DNA of 64,000 nt, from the NCBI GenBank assembly GCA_028865725.1, contig JAGWJP010000001.1:55377-119376 (forward strand), written 5' to 3'. The stretch's first letter is position 1. Every line of letters begins with the position of its first letter. This stretch comes from Patescibacteria group bacterium (GTDB lineage: Bacteria; Patescibacteriota; Minisyncoccia; UBA6257; JACRHW01). The position numbers and the translations under genes are program-made. Under the pieces are notes generated by a model that had not been told where the DNA came from, did not search any database, and saw nothing but the letters and a program-made list of their open reading frames with translations. Shown here one piece after another: positions 1 to 10,342 of this stretch.

Positions 1-1802
1 CTTGCAAATTTCCATATCATGAGTCCGCGTGTCAGTTCCTCCTCCGCTTCCTGCTTATTCAGCCACCGCGGTTCCAGTGTTTTTCCAGCCACAATGACAT
101 TGATTCTGTTTGTAGATGCAAGACATTCCCTCAACGTGACAAGCGTACTTGTCCCATCAGGAGGAAAGAAGATGCGGATAAAACATCCTTGCCGTTCTAG
201 CATATCGCTCACGAATCCGGGGTTCTGATGTGAGAATCCATTATGCTCTTGGCGCCATCCCGATGACGTGAGAATGTAGTTGAAGGAGGGTGCTGCGCCG
301 CGCCATGGTATTTCGCGCGCCACTTTCAAAAATTTTGCATATTGATCCGCCATGCTGCTCACGACCTGAATGAAAGCCTCGTAGGACGCAAACACTGCAT
401 GGCGTCCTGTAAGAATATATCCTTGTGCAAGACCCTGCAACGAATGTTCGCTGAGCATCTCAATGACGCGTCCGTCAGATGCGAGATCCATGTCCCAAGG
501 CTCGATAAGGAGTTCAAATGAACGTGGCGTCGTGCTGAATATCGCGTCGAGTTTGTTCGAATACGTTTCATCCGGAGAAAAGAATCGAAAGTTTTTTTGG
601 TTTGCATTGAGTGCGAAGACTTCGTTGAGATAAAGTCCTGCACGCCGCATACTGCTCGATCCTACAATACCTGGTGGATCGGCTTCTTCATTAAAGTGAT
701 CGATTTCTGGAAGAATAAGGTCTTTGCGTATGGTGCCTGCATAGGCGTGGCGGTTTTGTCCTATACGGAGCGAAGGGGCGGGGAGAATACTTCGGATAGA
801 TTCGGAGAATCCTTTTTCAGAATCAAAAAGATTTTCAAAATGATATGAACGAAGCCATGTGCTTAATGCTTTTAGTTCTTCCGGATCGGTTTTGGCAAGA
901 GGTGCGGTGACCTGGTGCGATAAACAGTTTCCTTCAATTTTTTTTCCATGCAATGTTTTGATTCCCGTCCACCCCTTCGGTGTTTTCATGATAATCATGG
1001 GAAAGCGCGCCTCAGCAGTCATCGTGTGATTGCGTGCGGCATGTTGAATGCGTGTGATTACTTCATAGGCATGATCAAGTGCGGTAAACATTTTTTGGTA
1101 GACATCACGTCCTTCTACTATGATTGGCTCATACCCGTACCCTGAAAAGAGATTTTTGAGGTCTTTGTTCGACATTCTTCCAAAGATTGTAGGACCCGAT
1201 ATCTTATAGCCATTCAAATGAAGAATGGGGAGTACGGCTCCGTTTGATGCGGGGTTTATAAACTTGTGTAAGTGCCATCCAGTGGCAGTGGCGGCTGTTT
1301 CCGCTTCGCCATCACCGACGAGACATACGGTGAGAAGATCTGGATTATCCAAAACTGATCCGTAGGCTGTGCTCAGGGCATAGCCTAATTCTCCTCCTTC
1401 TACGATGACACCCGGCGTTCCTGGATTACTGTGGCTTGGAAATCCATAGGGCCAGCTAAATTGTTTTGCGATATATCCTACCCCCGCTTCAGTAGGAAGC
1501 GCTTGAGGATAATACTTGCCTAATGTTTCTTCGATAAATAGGTTTGCCTGAAGGGCAGGAAAGCCATGACCGGGTCCCAACACGAACAGGGTCGACACGC
1601 TGTGTCGTTTTACAAAGTGTTGCAAGTGTCCATACACAAAATTGATGCCAGGACTTGTGCCCCAGTGTCCTAGGAGACGAGGTTTGATATGTTCAAATTT
1701 GAGCGGTTTTTTCAGAAGGAAGTTGTCGGCAAGATAAATTTGAGCTGCTGCAAGATAATTTGCCGCGCGCACATATTCTTTAATTGATTCAATTGGGTTC
1801 AT
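1..1802 (-). CDS. xfp: Phosphoketolase (XFP family), runs off the left edge; absent from the ORF track
   Basis: Manual minus-strand translation from the ATG at 1802 gives MNPIESIKEYVRAANYLAAAQIYLADNFLLKKPLKFEHIKPRLLGHWGTSPGINF, the XFP N-terminal signature. Confidence 0.9.
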   Translation of the reverse strand, partial: MNPIESIKEYVRAANYLAAAQIYLADNFLLKKPLKFEHIKPRLLGHWGTSPGINFVYGHLQHFVKRHSVSTLFVLGPGHGFPALQANLFIEETLGKYYPQALPTEAGVGYIAKQFSWPYGFPSHSNPGTPGVIVEGGELGYALSTAYGSVLDNPDLLTVCLVGDGEAETAATATGWHLHKFINPASNGAVLPILHLNGYKISGPTIFGRMSNKDLKNLFSGYGYEPIIVEGRDVYQKMFTALDHAYEVITRIQHAARNHTMTAEARFPMIIMKTPKGWTGIKTLHGKKIEGNCLSHQVTAPLAKTDPEELKALSTWLRSYHFENLFDSEKGFSESIRSILPAPSLRIGQNRHAYAGTIRKDLILPEIDHFNEEADPPGIVGSSSMRRAGLYLNEVFALNANQKNFRFFSPDETYSNKLDAIFSTTPRSFELLIEPWDMDLASDGRVIEMLSEHSLQGLAQGYILTGRHAVFASYEAFIQVVSSMADQYAKFLKVAREIPWRGAAPSFNYILTSSGWRQEHNGFSHQNPGFVSDMLERQGCFIRIFFPPDGTSTLVTLRECLASTNRINVIVAGKTLEPRWLNKQEAEEELTRGLMIWKFA

Positions 1803-2122
1803 ACGCAGGGGGGTAAAGTATATCTCTCTTATTTTAGAACATCTTCATCAATAAGTTAAATTTTCTTGTCCGACATTCTTGTGTTTGTGAAAACATCGTT
1901 TTATAAATAACGTACGTCTCTCGTCTATGTTTTTGACATCCGCGGTGTGTTAGTGGTACCTTGAATATATCTTGTTTATACTAATTTGTTGCATCATAAT
2001 GCTAATTTCATTGCTATTATACAGACATATTGTTCCGTTGCCATGTTCCACATTAAAGAATCGTGCGGAAGACGTTGAAGGAAGTGGCGCGGGAGGATTA
2101 GCAGAAGCGTCAGCACACTATT

Positions 2123-3640
2123 ATGGGATTTCCAATCGTGGGTATTTTGGTTTTGGTAGGCGCGGGAGTAGGATACGCTATTCGTGAGTTAAACGCGAAA
2201 ATCTCTACGAACTCTGCAGAAATGAAGGTGCGGAATTTACTGGAATCCGCAAGACAAGAAGCGAAAGAGACATTATTATCCGCAAAAGACAAAGCGGTCA
2301 AGATTCTCGAGGAGGCAAAAGGTGAAGAAAAAGAACGAAAACTTTCCCTTCAACGCATTGAGGAACGTCTTTTGCATCGCGAAGAACTTTTCGAAAAGAA
2401 ATCACAAGAGGTAGAAGAAAAAAACAAAACAGTTGATAGCGAGCTTGATCGTTTGAAAGTAGTCAAGGCTCAACTTGAAAAATCAAGCCAGAAAATCAAT
2501 GGAGAATTGGAGCGTGTGGCGCAGATGACGCGCGAACAGGCGCGCGAAGAGCTTGTGTCCAAAGCGGAGTCTGAACACCGTAATGATTTGACGCGCGCAC
2601 TCATGAAGCTCGAACAGACTAAACAGGAAGAAATCGAAAAAAAGACGAGTGAATTGGTGACGACCGCGATTCAACGCTACGCACGTTCCCATGTAAGTGA
2701 TATTACGACATCTTATCTTCCGCTTCCTGCCGAGGATTTGAAAGGAAAGATCATCGGACGTGAAGGACGAAATATTCGCACATTTGAACGATTGACCGGA
2801 GTAGAGGTCATCATGGATGAGGCGCCTGATGTGATCGTATTTTCTTCGTTTGATCCTGTGCGTCGCGAGGTAGCTCGTCTCGCGATGGAAAAACTTATTA
2901 AGGATGGCAGAATCCAGCCCGCAAAAATAGAAGAGAAGGTGGCGGAGGCAGGACAGGAAATGAATGAACGAATGCGTGAGGCGGGGGAGAATGCGGCATA
3001 TGAGGTAGGCGTGTTGGATTTGCCGCGGGAACTTATTATGCTTCTCGGCAGATTGAATTATCGTACCAGTTTTGGACAAAATGTATTGATGCATTCCGTA
3101 GAAATGGCGCATATTGCAGGCATGCTTGCCGAAGAACTTGGACTCCGCGTCGATATCGCAAAAAAGGGTGCACTGCTTCATGATATTGGAAAGGCGGTAG
3201 ATCATGAGATTCAAGGTACGCATGTAAACATTGGAAAGAAAATCTTACAAAAATACGGTATGCCAGAAGATATTATTCGAGCCATGCACTCACATCACGA
3301 AGAGTATCCGGTCGAGATCCCGGAGGCATATTTGGTGAATGCTGCGGATATTATTTCGGCCGGGCGTCCGGGTGCACGCAGAGAAACGCTCGAGTTTTAT
3401 GTAAAGCGTCTTGAGGATCTTGAAAAAATCGCGCATATGTTCCACGGTGTGGAAAAAGCATATGCAATCCAGGCAGGACGTGAAATTCGCGTGTTTGTCG
3501 TGCCTGAAAAGGTAGATGATTTCGGAGCAATCAGACTCGCACATGATATCGCAAAGCGTATTGAAGCGGATTTGAAGTATCCCGGCGAGATTAAAGTAAA
3601 CGTAATTCGTGAGACACGCGCGGTAGAATACGCCCGATAG
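2123..3640 (+). CDS. rny: Ribonuclease Y
   Basis: N-terminal TM helix, coiled coil, KH motif (KGKIIGREGRNIR), HD motif (LLHDIGKA), typical C-terminus VIRETRAVEYAR. Confidence 0.97.
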   Translation: MGFPIVGILVLVGAGVGYAIRELNAKISTNSAEMKVRNLLESARQEAKETLLSAKDKAVKILEEAKGEEKERKLSLQRIEERLLHREELFEKKSQEVEEKNKTVDSELDRLKVVKAQLEKSSQKINGELERVAQMTREQAREELVSKAESEHRNDLTRALMKLEQTKQEEIEKKTSELVTTAIQRYARSHVSDITTSYLPLPAEDLKGKIIGREGRNIRTFERLTGVEVIMDEAPDVIVFSSFDPVRREVARLAMEKLIKDGRIQPAKIEEKVAEAGQEMNERMREAGENAAYEVGVLDLPRELIMLLGRLNYRTSFGQNVLMHSVEMAHIAGMLAEELGLRVDIAKKGALLHDIGKAVDHEIQGTHVNIGKKILQKYGMPEDIIRAMHSHHEEYPVEIPEAYLVNAADIISAGRPGARRETLEFYVKRLEDLEKIAHMFHGVEKAYAIQAGREIRVFVVPEKVDDFGAIRLAHDIAKRIEADLKYPGEIKVNVIRETRAVEYAR

Positions 3641-3802
3641 GAATTCAATTGCCGCACCCCGATTTTACGGAAGGAATCTAAATGGTCATGATGTGGGTAA
3701 ACCCCTTGTCTTTTTCTCAGTTTTTTTAGTACCATAAGAAGAGAAGAGGGTATGATGCCCCATGTGGTGAAAGGTCGTCAATTTATAATTCAATCATTTG
3801 TT

Positions 3803-4075
3803 ATGTCAAAAGAAGGATTAGTGGAAGCAGTGCAAAAAGTTGCAGAGATGAGTAAGAGCCAAGCTCAAGAAATTGTGAACACTGTTTTTGAAACAATTAC
3901 CCAGACACTTAAAAACGGAGAGGAGGTTGCGGTCACTGGTTTTGGTACATTTCGTGTATCAAAAAGAGCCGCACGTATGGCTACCAACCCAAAGACAGGT
4001 GAAAAGATAAATGTCCCCGCTAAAATCGTTCCCAAGTTTAAGCCTGGTAAGGGATTAAAGGATGCAGTGGCATAA
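3803..4075 (+). CDS. hup: HU-family DNA-binding protein
   Basis: GFGTFRVSKRAARMATNPKTGE...VPKFKPGKGLKDAV; start moved to MSKEG. Confidence 0.95.
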   Translation: MSKEGLVEAVQKVAEMSKSQAQEIVNTVFETITQTLKNGEEVAVTGFGTFRVSKRAARMATNPKTGEKINVPAKIVPKFKPGKGLKDAVA

Positions 4076-4103
4076 GAAGGTTTCCTCATAAGGGGACTCT
4101 AAG

Positions 4104-4144
4104 ACAATAAAAACTCCTTGGAATTTTCAAGGAGTTTTTATTGT
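4104..4144. terminator. Bidirectional intrinsic terminator
   Basis: Inverted repeat acaataaaaactccttg...caaggagtttttattgt between convergent genes. Confidence 0.8.
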
Positions 4145-4163
4145 AGGGATGAGTTGGTGTGTA

Positions 4164-4919
4164 TTACGAACCACTTACATGGAGTACGTTTCCAATGGCA
4201 ATAAATTCATCATAGACGTTCTGAAGAAGTCCGTTGATGCGACTTAGGGCGTCAAGGCCATTGGTATAGTCTTCTGTTGTCGAGAGTGTTTCAAACAATA
4301 AACGTGTCTCTGAAGTGGTGGTCTGAATTTCATCCAATTGAGATTTAATTTCTGAGAGGTACGCAGTAACAGCAAGGTGCGCAGGATTAAGAAATAATTG
4401 TGCGGTAGAACTGCTTACTTGATTGAAACGAGTGACTGCGATAGCACGCGCCCGTTCCGCATCGTTTACAAGGAGGATCCCTGTAATTTGTTTTTGCAGA
4501 ATATCTTGTATTTCTTGGCGATGTTGTTTGACGTCAAGCACAACCGCCTTGATTGCGTCAGTGGATGTAGCACTTGCAGTTATTTTTCGTTCTGCAAGAT
4601 ACCACTGTTCGTCATTCCAGATCGCGTCGAGAAATTTATTTTGTGTGCTACTCGCAAGCGTCGCATTAGTCACGCTTTTCCCAAGATTGTCATCCTCACT
4701 TATCAGGTAAGAATATAGATTGTCGAGGATGTTTTTATTGAGTTTTAAAATTTGTAATTTCGATGCATTGTTCTCTTCCGCATTTTTAAGAGCATTTACC
4801 TGTTGTTGTAATGCAGTAAGAGTAATTTGCGATTGCGCCGCGGCGAGGCTTGTCCCATATGAGGAACATAACCAAACTCCGCTTATCACGAGAACATAGA
4901 GTTTTTTAGAGAAGTTCAT
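4164..4919 (-). CDS. Hypothetical secreted helical/coiled-coil protein
   Basis: Signal-peptide-like MNFSKKLYVLVISGVWLC...; in operon with the ECF sigma. Confidence 0.6.
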   Translation of the reverse strand: MNFSKKLYVLVISGVWLCSSYGTSLAAAQSQITLTALQQQVNALKNAEENNASKLQILKLNKNILDNLYSYLISEDDNLGKSVTNATLASSTQNKFLDAIWNDEQWYLAERKITASATSTDAIKAVVLDVKQHRQEIQDILQKQITGILLVNDAERARAIAVTRFNQVSSSTAQLFLNPAHLAVTAYLSEIKSQLDEIQTTTSETRLLFETLSTTEDYTNGLDALSRINGLLQNVYDEFIAIGNVLHVSGS

Positions 4920-5340
4920 CGAGAATAGTATTAACAGTTGGTGTGTGCGGGCCACTTGTAGGAGAGGAAGGCGCTGATGACATTTTTGCGAAGGCTAGGT
5001 TTTGGATAGTGCGATCAATTACTTTATTGTTGGAATCTTGTTTTTTTGTCTCCTTAATTTTTGCAGCGAGATTAATGTTGTCAAATTCTTGAATGAGAGC
5101 GTTATGATCAAGGCTCGAGAGTGTTGCAGGGGCTGGCGCTATTACAATGGGGTGGAACAGGAGTAAGGATAATGCGATTATTCCGCTTGTGCCAAGGGCG
5201 AGGCTTACAAGCATGCGAGGAGCGAGAAATGTGACGGGAGGCGTAATGGCGCGGAGTAATTTCTTTTTTGAAAACGCATAATAACCCTTATGAGGACGGA
5301 TGTGGCGCAGTCGTTTAATTGTTCCTACGAGATCATTCAT
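4906..5340 (-). CDS. Single-TM protein, putative anti-sigma factor
   Basis: One hydrophobic segment; overlaps the ECF sigma stop codon. Confidence 0.5.
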   Translation of the reverse strand: MNDLVGTIKRLRHIRPHKGYYAFSKKKLLRAITPPVTFLAPRMLVSLALGTSGIIALSLLLFHPIVIAPAPATLSSLDHNALIQEFDNINLAAKIKETKKQDSNNKVIDRTIQNLAFAKMSSAPSSPTSGPHTPTVNTILDELL

Positions 5341-5906
5341 GATGCATCGAGTTTGTGTTTTAGTTTGGCGATTGCTCTATGGATAAGGACTTTTGTGGCA
5401 CTCTCACTTTTTTGTATGATAGATGCCACTGCTTTATGATCCAAATCTTCTACATAACGGAGAAGGAGCGCATCTTGTTCAATGGGGCCGAGCTCAGCAA
5501 TATATTTTTTTATTCCTTGTAGGGCTATATGTGACTCAAGACGTTCTAATTCGTTCGAGGAAACAAGTTTACTTTGAAATGTTTCAGACAATTCGGAAGT
5601 TGCTTTTCTGGTGCGATAGAAATCGATCACCGTATTTCTCGCAATGCTATAGAGCCAGGAGAGGAAGGGAATTCCGCGTTCTTCATAGTAAGGAATATGA
5701 TCCCATGCCTTAAGAAAGGTCTGATGAACCAGATCCTCCGTATCTTCTTGATTACTTGTTTTAAGGAAGATAAACCGATAAATACTTTCCGCATAAAGCT
5801 CATAAAGGACCCCAAAAGCGTTTGTATTTCCACTTTTTGCCTTTTTCACGAGTGTAGGTACGTCGATTTTTTCTCTCTTAGGTATAAAACGATTGAATAA
5901 GGACAT
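5337..5906 (-). CDS. ECF RNA polymerase sigma factor
   Basis: Region 2 (EDLVHQTFLKAW...FLSWLYSIARNTVIDFYR) and region 4 HTH. Confidence 0.92.
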   Translation of the reverse strand: MSLFNRFIPKREKIDVPTLVKKAKSGNTNAFGVLYELYAESIYRFIFLKTSNQEDTEDLVHQTFLKAWDHIPYYEERGIPFLSWLYSIARNTVIDFYRTRKATSELSETFQSKLVSSNELERLESHIALQGIKKYIAELGPIEQDALLLRYVEDLDHKAVASIIQKSESATKVLIHRAIAKLKHKLDAS

Positions 5907-5976
5907 TGGTAACAGCGCGAGCTAAAAGTATACTTTTCTGGTGTTATTGTGTGGAGAACGACCATGTTCTGATATG

Positions 5977-6048
5977 AGCGGGCGATGGGAATCGAACCCA
6001 CGTCTCAACCTTGGAAGGGTCGCATAATAGCCACTATACGACGCCCGC
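5977..6048 (-). tRNA. tRNA-Gly(TCC)
   Basis: Cloverleaf; anticodon arm cgacc-cttccaa-ggttg; GTTCGA T-loop. Confidence 0.93.
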
Positions 6049-6181
6049 AATGCATGCCAATCAATACTTCCTGTTGTTTTTAGATTACCCTTTGTTTTTT
6101 CATTTGTAAATGTAGGGAAGGATGTTTGATATTTTGTGTATTCTATAAAAATTCGATACAATAGACATGAAAATATTTTTT

Positions 6182-7012
6182 ATGGCGGAACTCACTATTC
6201 TAAAAGCAAACGGCGAACATGAGCCGTTTTCACTTGAAAAGATTAAACGTACGGCGATGCGTGCACAGGCAGACGAACTTCTCGCATCTCGTGTTGCGCA
6301 TGAAGTAGAGCAAAAGGCGTATGACGGCATCTCTACAAAAGAGATTCTCCATTTAATTCGCAATTCTCTTGCTGCTCATTCTCCTGTTGTGGCATCGCGA
6401 TATGGATTAAAGGAGGCAATCTTAAAATTGGGTCCGACAGGTTTTGATTTTGAAAAATATCTTGTTTATGTGTTTAGGGCGTATGGATATCATGCTGAAT
6501 TGCCCCCCCTCTTGCAGGGAATGTGCGTGACGCATGAGGTAGATCTTTTGATTGAAAAAGACAAACGTAGGGGAATGGTAGAAGCTAAGCTCCACCACGA
6601 TCCTATTTATGTGGGTATTCAGGTCACTATGGCAACGTGGGCGCGGTTCTTGGATCTTGTCGATGCGGGGCAGATTGGCAAGTGTCCTCATTTAGATGAA
6701 GTGTGGATGGTGACCAATGGAAAATTTTCTCATGAATCGCTTCAATTTGGGCACTGTAAAAATATGATTCTTTTGGGGTGGAATCATCCTAAAGAACGCC
6801 CTCTTTCAGCCTGGATTGATGACAAGCATTTGTATCCTATTACGATCCTTTATCACTTGTCCGCTGAGGAACACAGAATGCTTGTTGATGCAAACATTAT
6901 CCTGGTAAGCCAGCTTTTGGAACATAAACCTTATGAATTACAACACATTCTTCATACATCAGAAGAACGTATTACTGAATTGTGTCGCGTTTCGGAAGGG
7001 CTTTTGAAGTAA
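6182..7012 (+). CDS. ATP-cone domain fused to an Mrr-like restriction endonuclease domain
   Basis: ILKANGEHEPFSLEKI (ATP cone); FDFEKY...HEVDL...VEAK PD-(D/E)xK-like motif. Confidence 0.75.
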   Translation: MAELTILKANGEHEPFSLEKIKRTAMRAQADELLASRVAHEVEQKAYDGISTKEILHLIRNSLAAHSPVVASRYGLKEAILKLGPTGFDFEKYLVYVFRAYGYHAELPPLLQGMCVTHEVDLLIEKDKRRGMVEAKLHHDPIYVGIQVTMATWARFLDLVDAGQIGKCPHLDEVWMVTNGKFSHESLQFGHCKNMILLGWNHPKERPLSAWIDDKHLYPITILYHLSAEEHRMLVDANIILVSQLLEHKPYELQHILHTSEERITELCRVSEGLLK

Positions 7013-7015
7013 TTA

Positions 7016-7089
7016 TGGTCGGGACGCAGGGAATCGAACCCTGATCGCACGCTCCCAAAGCGCGTATACTACCATTATACGACGTCCCG
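7016..7089 (-). tRNA. tRNA-Pro(TGG), encoded CCA
   Basis: Cloverleaf; anticodon arm cgcgc-tttggga-gcgtg. Confidence 0.93.
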
Positions 7090-7168
7090 ATTGCTGCTGA
7101 AGAGTGTTTTTATTCTACATAGATTTGTTGGATTTATCAAACATGGTATAGTAATTCGAGATTATGCC

Positions 7169-7240
7169 GCCCTCGTAGCTTAATGGATAAAGCAGGACTC
7201 TTCTAAGGTCTTGATGTGGGTTCGATTCCTACCGAGGGCA
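7169..7240 (+). tRNA. tRNA-Arg(TCT)
   Basis: Acceptor stem gccctcg/cgagggc; anticodon loop cttctaa. Confidence 0.93.
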
Positions 7241-7260
7241 CATGGGCGAAATTTTTTCAT

Positions 7261-7827
7261 ATGTTAACACAAAACATGAAACAAATAAAAAAGAAGAAAG
7301 TAGCGAAAAATGTGGTGAAAAAAGTTTCAGCGGCAAAGAAACCAGCTAAAAAAGGAACAGTGAAATTAGTGAAGGAACCACTAAAGACGAAATCGGAAAA
7401 AAGGGCGATGAAGAAACATCAAAAAAGGGAAATCGGGGTCATTAAAAAATTGGCGCTGAAGGGAAAGACTACAAAAAGGCCGGTTTCTAAAAAGGTGAAG
7501 TCGCATCTTGTGGCGAAGAAATCAATCAAAAATCCGCTACCCACAAAAAGAGTTGTGATTGTATCTTCCGTTCATGAAAAAGAGGTGGGCGTTGTGACAC
7601 ACATGTTCGACGCTATCCGCGTAGGTGTCGTGCTTCTTGCAAAAGCAGGCTTACAAAAAGGAGATCATATTCGCATTCGCAGGGGTGATGTGGTGTTTGA
7701 TCAGAGAGTGGAGTCGATGCAAAAAGATCATGTTCATCTTGATGCGGCGAAGAAAGGCGAGGAGATTGGGTTGAAGCTTAAGAAAGTTACCAAAAGCGGA
7801 GCCAAGGTGTACAAAATAGAAAAGTAG
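7261..7827 (+). CDS. Lys-rich N-terminus plus EF-Tu domain II-like/U32 C-terminal-like beta barrel
   Basis: K/A/P-rich low-complexity stretch, then EKEVGVVTHMF...LQKGDHIRI...ESMQ...GEEIGLK; the ORF-track start lies inside the tRNA. Confidence 0.6.
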   Translation: MLTQNMKQIKKKKVAKNVVKKVSAAKKPAKKGTVKLVKEPLKTKSEKRAMKKHQKREIGVIKKLALKGKTTKRPVSKKVKSHLVAKKSIKNPLPTKRVVIVSSVHEKEVGVVTHMFDAIRVGVVLLAKAGLQKGDHIRIRRGDVVFDQRVESMQKDHVHLDAAKKGEEIGLKLKKVTKSGAKVYKIEK

Positions 7828-7870
7828 GCTATAATAGATTTCTGGATTCTCACGAAAAAGATGAGATCAT

Positions 7871-7945
7871 GGTGCCCATGGTGTAACGGCAACACTAGAG
7901 TTTGTGGAGCTCTCATTACGGGTTCGAGTCCCGTTGGGCACCCCA
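7871..7945 (+). tRNA. tRNA-His(GTG), integration site of island 1
   Basis: G-1, acceptor stem gtgccca/tgggcac, anticodon loop ttgtgga, CCA. Confidence 0.95.
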
Positions 7946-9532
7946 AGAGAGAATTAATTGAGCGAAAGCCTCATTTCGTTCAGTGTTTGTAAGGTTTTTC
8001 GCCAGTTCTAATCGCTTGAATTCCATTTCTAACGCAGGATATGCTTTTTCTATGGGAACGAACCATTCGTTAGGTATTATCACGACTTTTCCGTTTTTGA
8101 GCCAAAAGTTCTGACCAAGTGCTGAAAAGAGCTCTCGCTTCCTTTCCAAGCTACCTGTAAGGAATTCTTTACGAGCATAACAGGCGAAATAAAAAGTCTT
8201 TTCTGTGAGTTCCAGCCACTTGCTGGCTCTATTTTCAGTTTCGTGTAAGTTTTGTTGGAGCTTCAGTATTTTTGCTTTGAGTCCGTCTCGTTCTTTGATG
8301 AATGTCTCGTCATCAATAAGTTCCCGATATCGCATCTTTGTAAGGTTGTCCAATTCTCGCTGGGTAGCAACAAGGGTCTGGTGTTGTGTCTCGTATATTT
8401 TTGTCCGTTCCTCAATTTCTTTGTCATTATCACGATTTAGTATCTCAAGAGCCCATTTTAGGAATTGAGGAAGAATAGTGTATCGTTCAAGTTCAATATC
8501 AATCATTTCCTCGACTTCTTTAAGTGGAATTCTTATCTTTTGGGTACAGACTGCATTTTTCTTTTGATGACCGCAATGATAGTAGACGTAAGCTTTCAAT
8601 TCCATCGTCTTTTTTACTATCTTTATTTTTTCTGTGGCAGTAATCATCCCACCACAAACACTACATACAATAATTCCTGTGTATGCGAAATCGTGTGCTT
8701 TAGGGCGTGGTCTTCCTTTCCGTCCCAAAAGGATTTGGACACGGTCATACTCTTCAAGGGTAATCATTGCTTCATGATTGCCTTGGTATGTAGTTCCTGA
8801 CCAGACGAAAAGACCCGTATAAAATATATTGGAAAATATGCGATACATTTCAGAGAGCGACATCTCTTTATTTCCAAGTTTGCTCCATTTCGGTGTTCGG
8901 AACCCCCATTCATTATTTGCTATGGCAAGTATTTTTGAGGGAGTGTAATTGCCCGTGAGCATCATGTCCCACATTTTGCGAACCAGATGAAATCGTTCTG
9001 GGTCTTTGTAGATAGTATGTTCAAGTTTATCGTTCAAGTAACCAACAGGAGCACGGGATGGGAGCCATCCACGTTCAGCTTTTCCCACCATTCCTCGTCT
9101 GCTATTTTTGCGGAGGTCTATGATGAATTGATTTGCCATTCCGCTTTCAACATTGAAGAGGAGGACATTGTCGTCGGGGAGATATCTGCGGTCTATGGTT
9201 TGGATACACTGCAAGATACCTTGTTGGAGCATCCAGCTTATTGTTCCGCTGTCTATTGGGTTTCTGGAAAGACGATTAATTTGCCAACATAAGATGCCCT
9301 GGGCTTCTCCATTTTCAATTCGTTTGAGCATTTCTGCAAAGACAGGGCGGCAGTTTGGTTTCTTTGCTGATTTTGCTTCTGTGAGTATTTCTTTAATTGA
9401 AATACCAAGGGTGTTTGCAAGTTCTTTAAGGCGGTTTATTTGGTCGTCGATGGATTGAACCTGCCTATCCTCGCTTTCTGATGATTTGCGAGCGTAGAGA
9501 AAATATGTAATTTTTTGGTCTTGTTGTTTCAT
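7916..9532 (-). CDS. Large serine recombinase (resolvase + recombinase + Zn ribbon); C-terminus read from the tRNA antisense strand
   Basis: YARKSSE catalytic Ser, RLSRN, CSVCGG; ends WGAQRDSNP* inside tRNA-His. Confidence 0.95.
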   Translation of the reverse strand: MKQQDQKITYFLYARKSSESEDRQVQSIDDQINRLKELANTLGISIKEILTEAKSAKKPNCRPVFAEMLKRIENGEAQGILCWQINRLSRNPIDSGTISWMLQQGILQCIQTIDRRYLPDDNVLLFNVESGMANQFIIDLRKNSRRGMVGKAERGWLPSRAPVGYLNDKLEHTIYKDPERFHLVRKMWDMMLTGNYTPSKILAIANNEWGFRTPKWSKLGNKEMSLSEMYRIFSNIFYTGLFVWSGTTYQGNHEAMITLEEYDRVQILLGRKGRPRPKAHDFAYTGIIVCSVCGGMITATEKIKIVKKTMELKAYVYYHCGHQKKNAVCTQKIRIPLKEVEEMIDIELERYTILPQFLKWALEILNRDNDKEIEERTKIYETQHQTLVATQRELDNLTKMRYRELIDDETFIKERDGLKAKILKLQQNLHETENRASKWLELTEKTFYFACYARKEFLTGSLERKRELFSALGQNFWLKNGKVVIIPNEWFVPIEKAYPALEMEFKRLELAKNLTNTERNEAFAQLILSWGAQRDSNP

Positions 9533-9542
9533 AAATGAAATT

Positions 9543-9664
9543 AAAAGGGACGGTTCTGGTTGACCCAATTACTTGCTCACGAGGAGTAGCCTACTGGCAG
9601 AACCGCCCCTTTTAGGGCAGTAAGCAATAAAAAAACTCGTGATGTACTATATAACTGGGCCAAC
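9543..9664 (-). promoter_or_regulatory. Structured leader upstream of the recombinase (nested inverted repeats, terminator-like stem)
   Basis: Complementary pairs 9543-9558/9598-9613, 9559-9571/9652-9664, 9577-9583/9636-9642. Confidence 0.55.
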
Positions 9665-9671
9665 GTAATGA

Positions 9672-10265
9672 TTATAGCATTTTCTCCATTTGTAGTGAAG
9701 CGAGATAAGGACGTGCCCGCTGGCATAGTCTCGCAAGGCGTCGTGCTTTTTTGGTGGGTCTTCCTGCATAAGTACGACGTTTCATCTTCTTTTCAAGGTC
9801 TTCAGCCTTAAACATAAAGTTCATTGTTGCGAGAAGTGGACTTCTATAGTTTTCATATTGCGAACTATAGGGAAGGCCATAGCAATGTCTGCACCCGAAG
9901 TAATCACCACCTTTATAGAGTACACCTACCCGTTTGCCACAATATACTCCGTTGCGAGATAGGGGGCACATAAACCACCATCGCTTACCACCGAAATGAC
10001 ATTTTGTGCTTACCAGAGGAATTTTGTAGTCCACATCTTTCTTTTCTCCCGTATCTCGGTTTGTTTGCGTGTAGTAAAAACGAATATAGTCGTTATTTTC
10101 TTCGATATGACTGGCAATGCTGATAGAGTTTTTAGAGTCTCCATGTGTCCATGTAATAAGACCTGATTGAGTGGAATTAAAATATCCATGCTTGTGAAGG
10201 AAGGAGACACTTACGCTTCTACACTCATCAGCATAATCCCGCATATACGATTTCCATCTTCCCAT
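9672..10265 (-). CDS. Hypothetical Cys-motif protein typical of integrated elements
   Basis: GGKRWWFMCP...CGKR...GCRHCYGL.YSSQ. Confidence 0.65.
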   Translation of the reverse strand: MGRWKSYMRDYADECRSVSVSFLHKHGYFNSTQSGLITWTHGDSKNSISIASHIEENNDYIRFYYTQTNRDTGEKKDVDYKIPLVSTKCHFGGKRWWFMCPLSRNGVYCGKRVGVLYKGGDYFGCRHCYGLPYSSQYENYRSPLLATMNFMFKAEDLEKKMKRRTYAGRPTKKARRLARLCQRARPYLASLQMEKML

Positions 10266-10342
10266 ATTTTTTCTTCAAAATTTACGAAATCATTAGGGTT
10301 TCTCCTGTTTTAATGGATAACCTTTTCCAAACAAACCCATTG

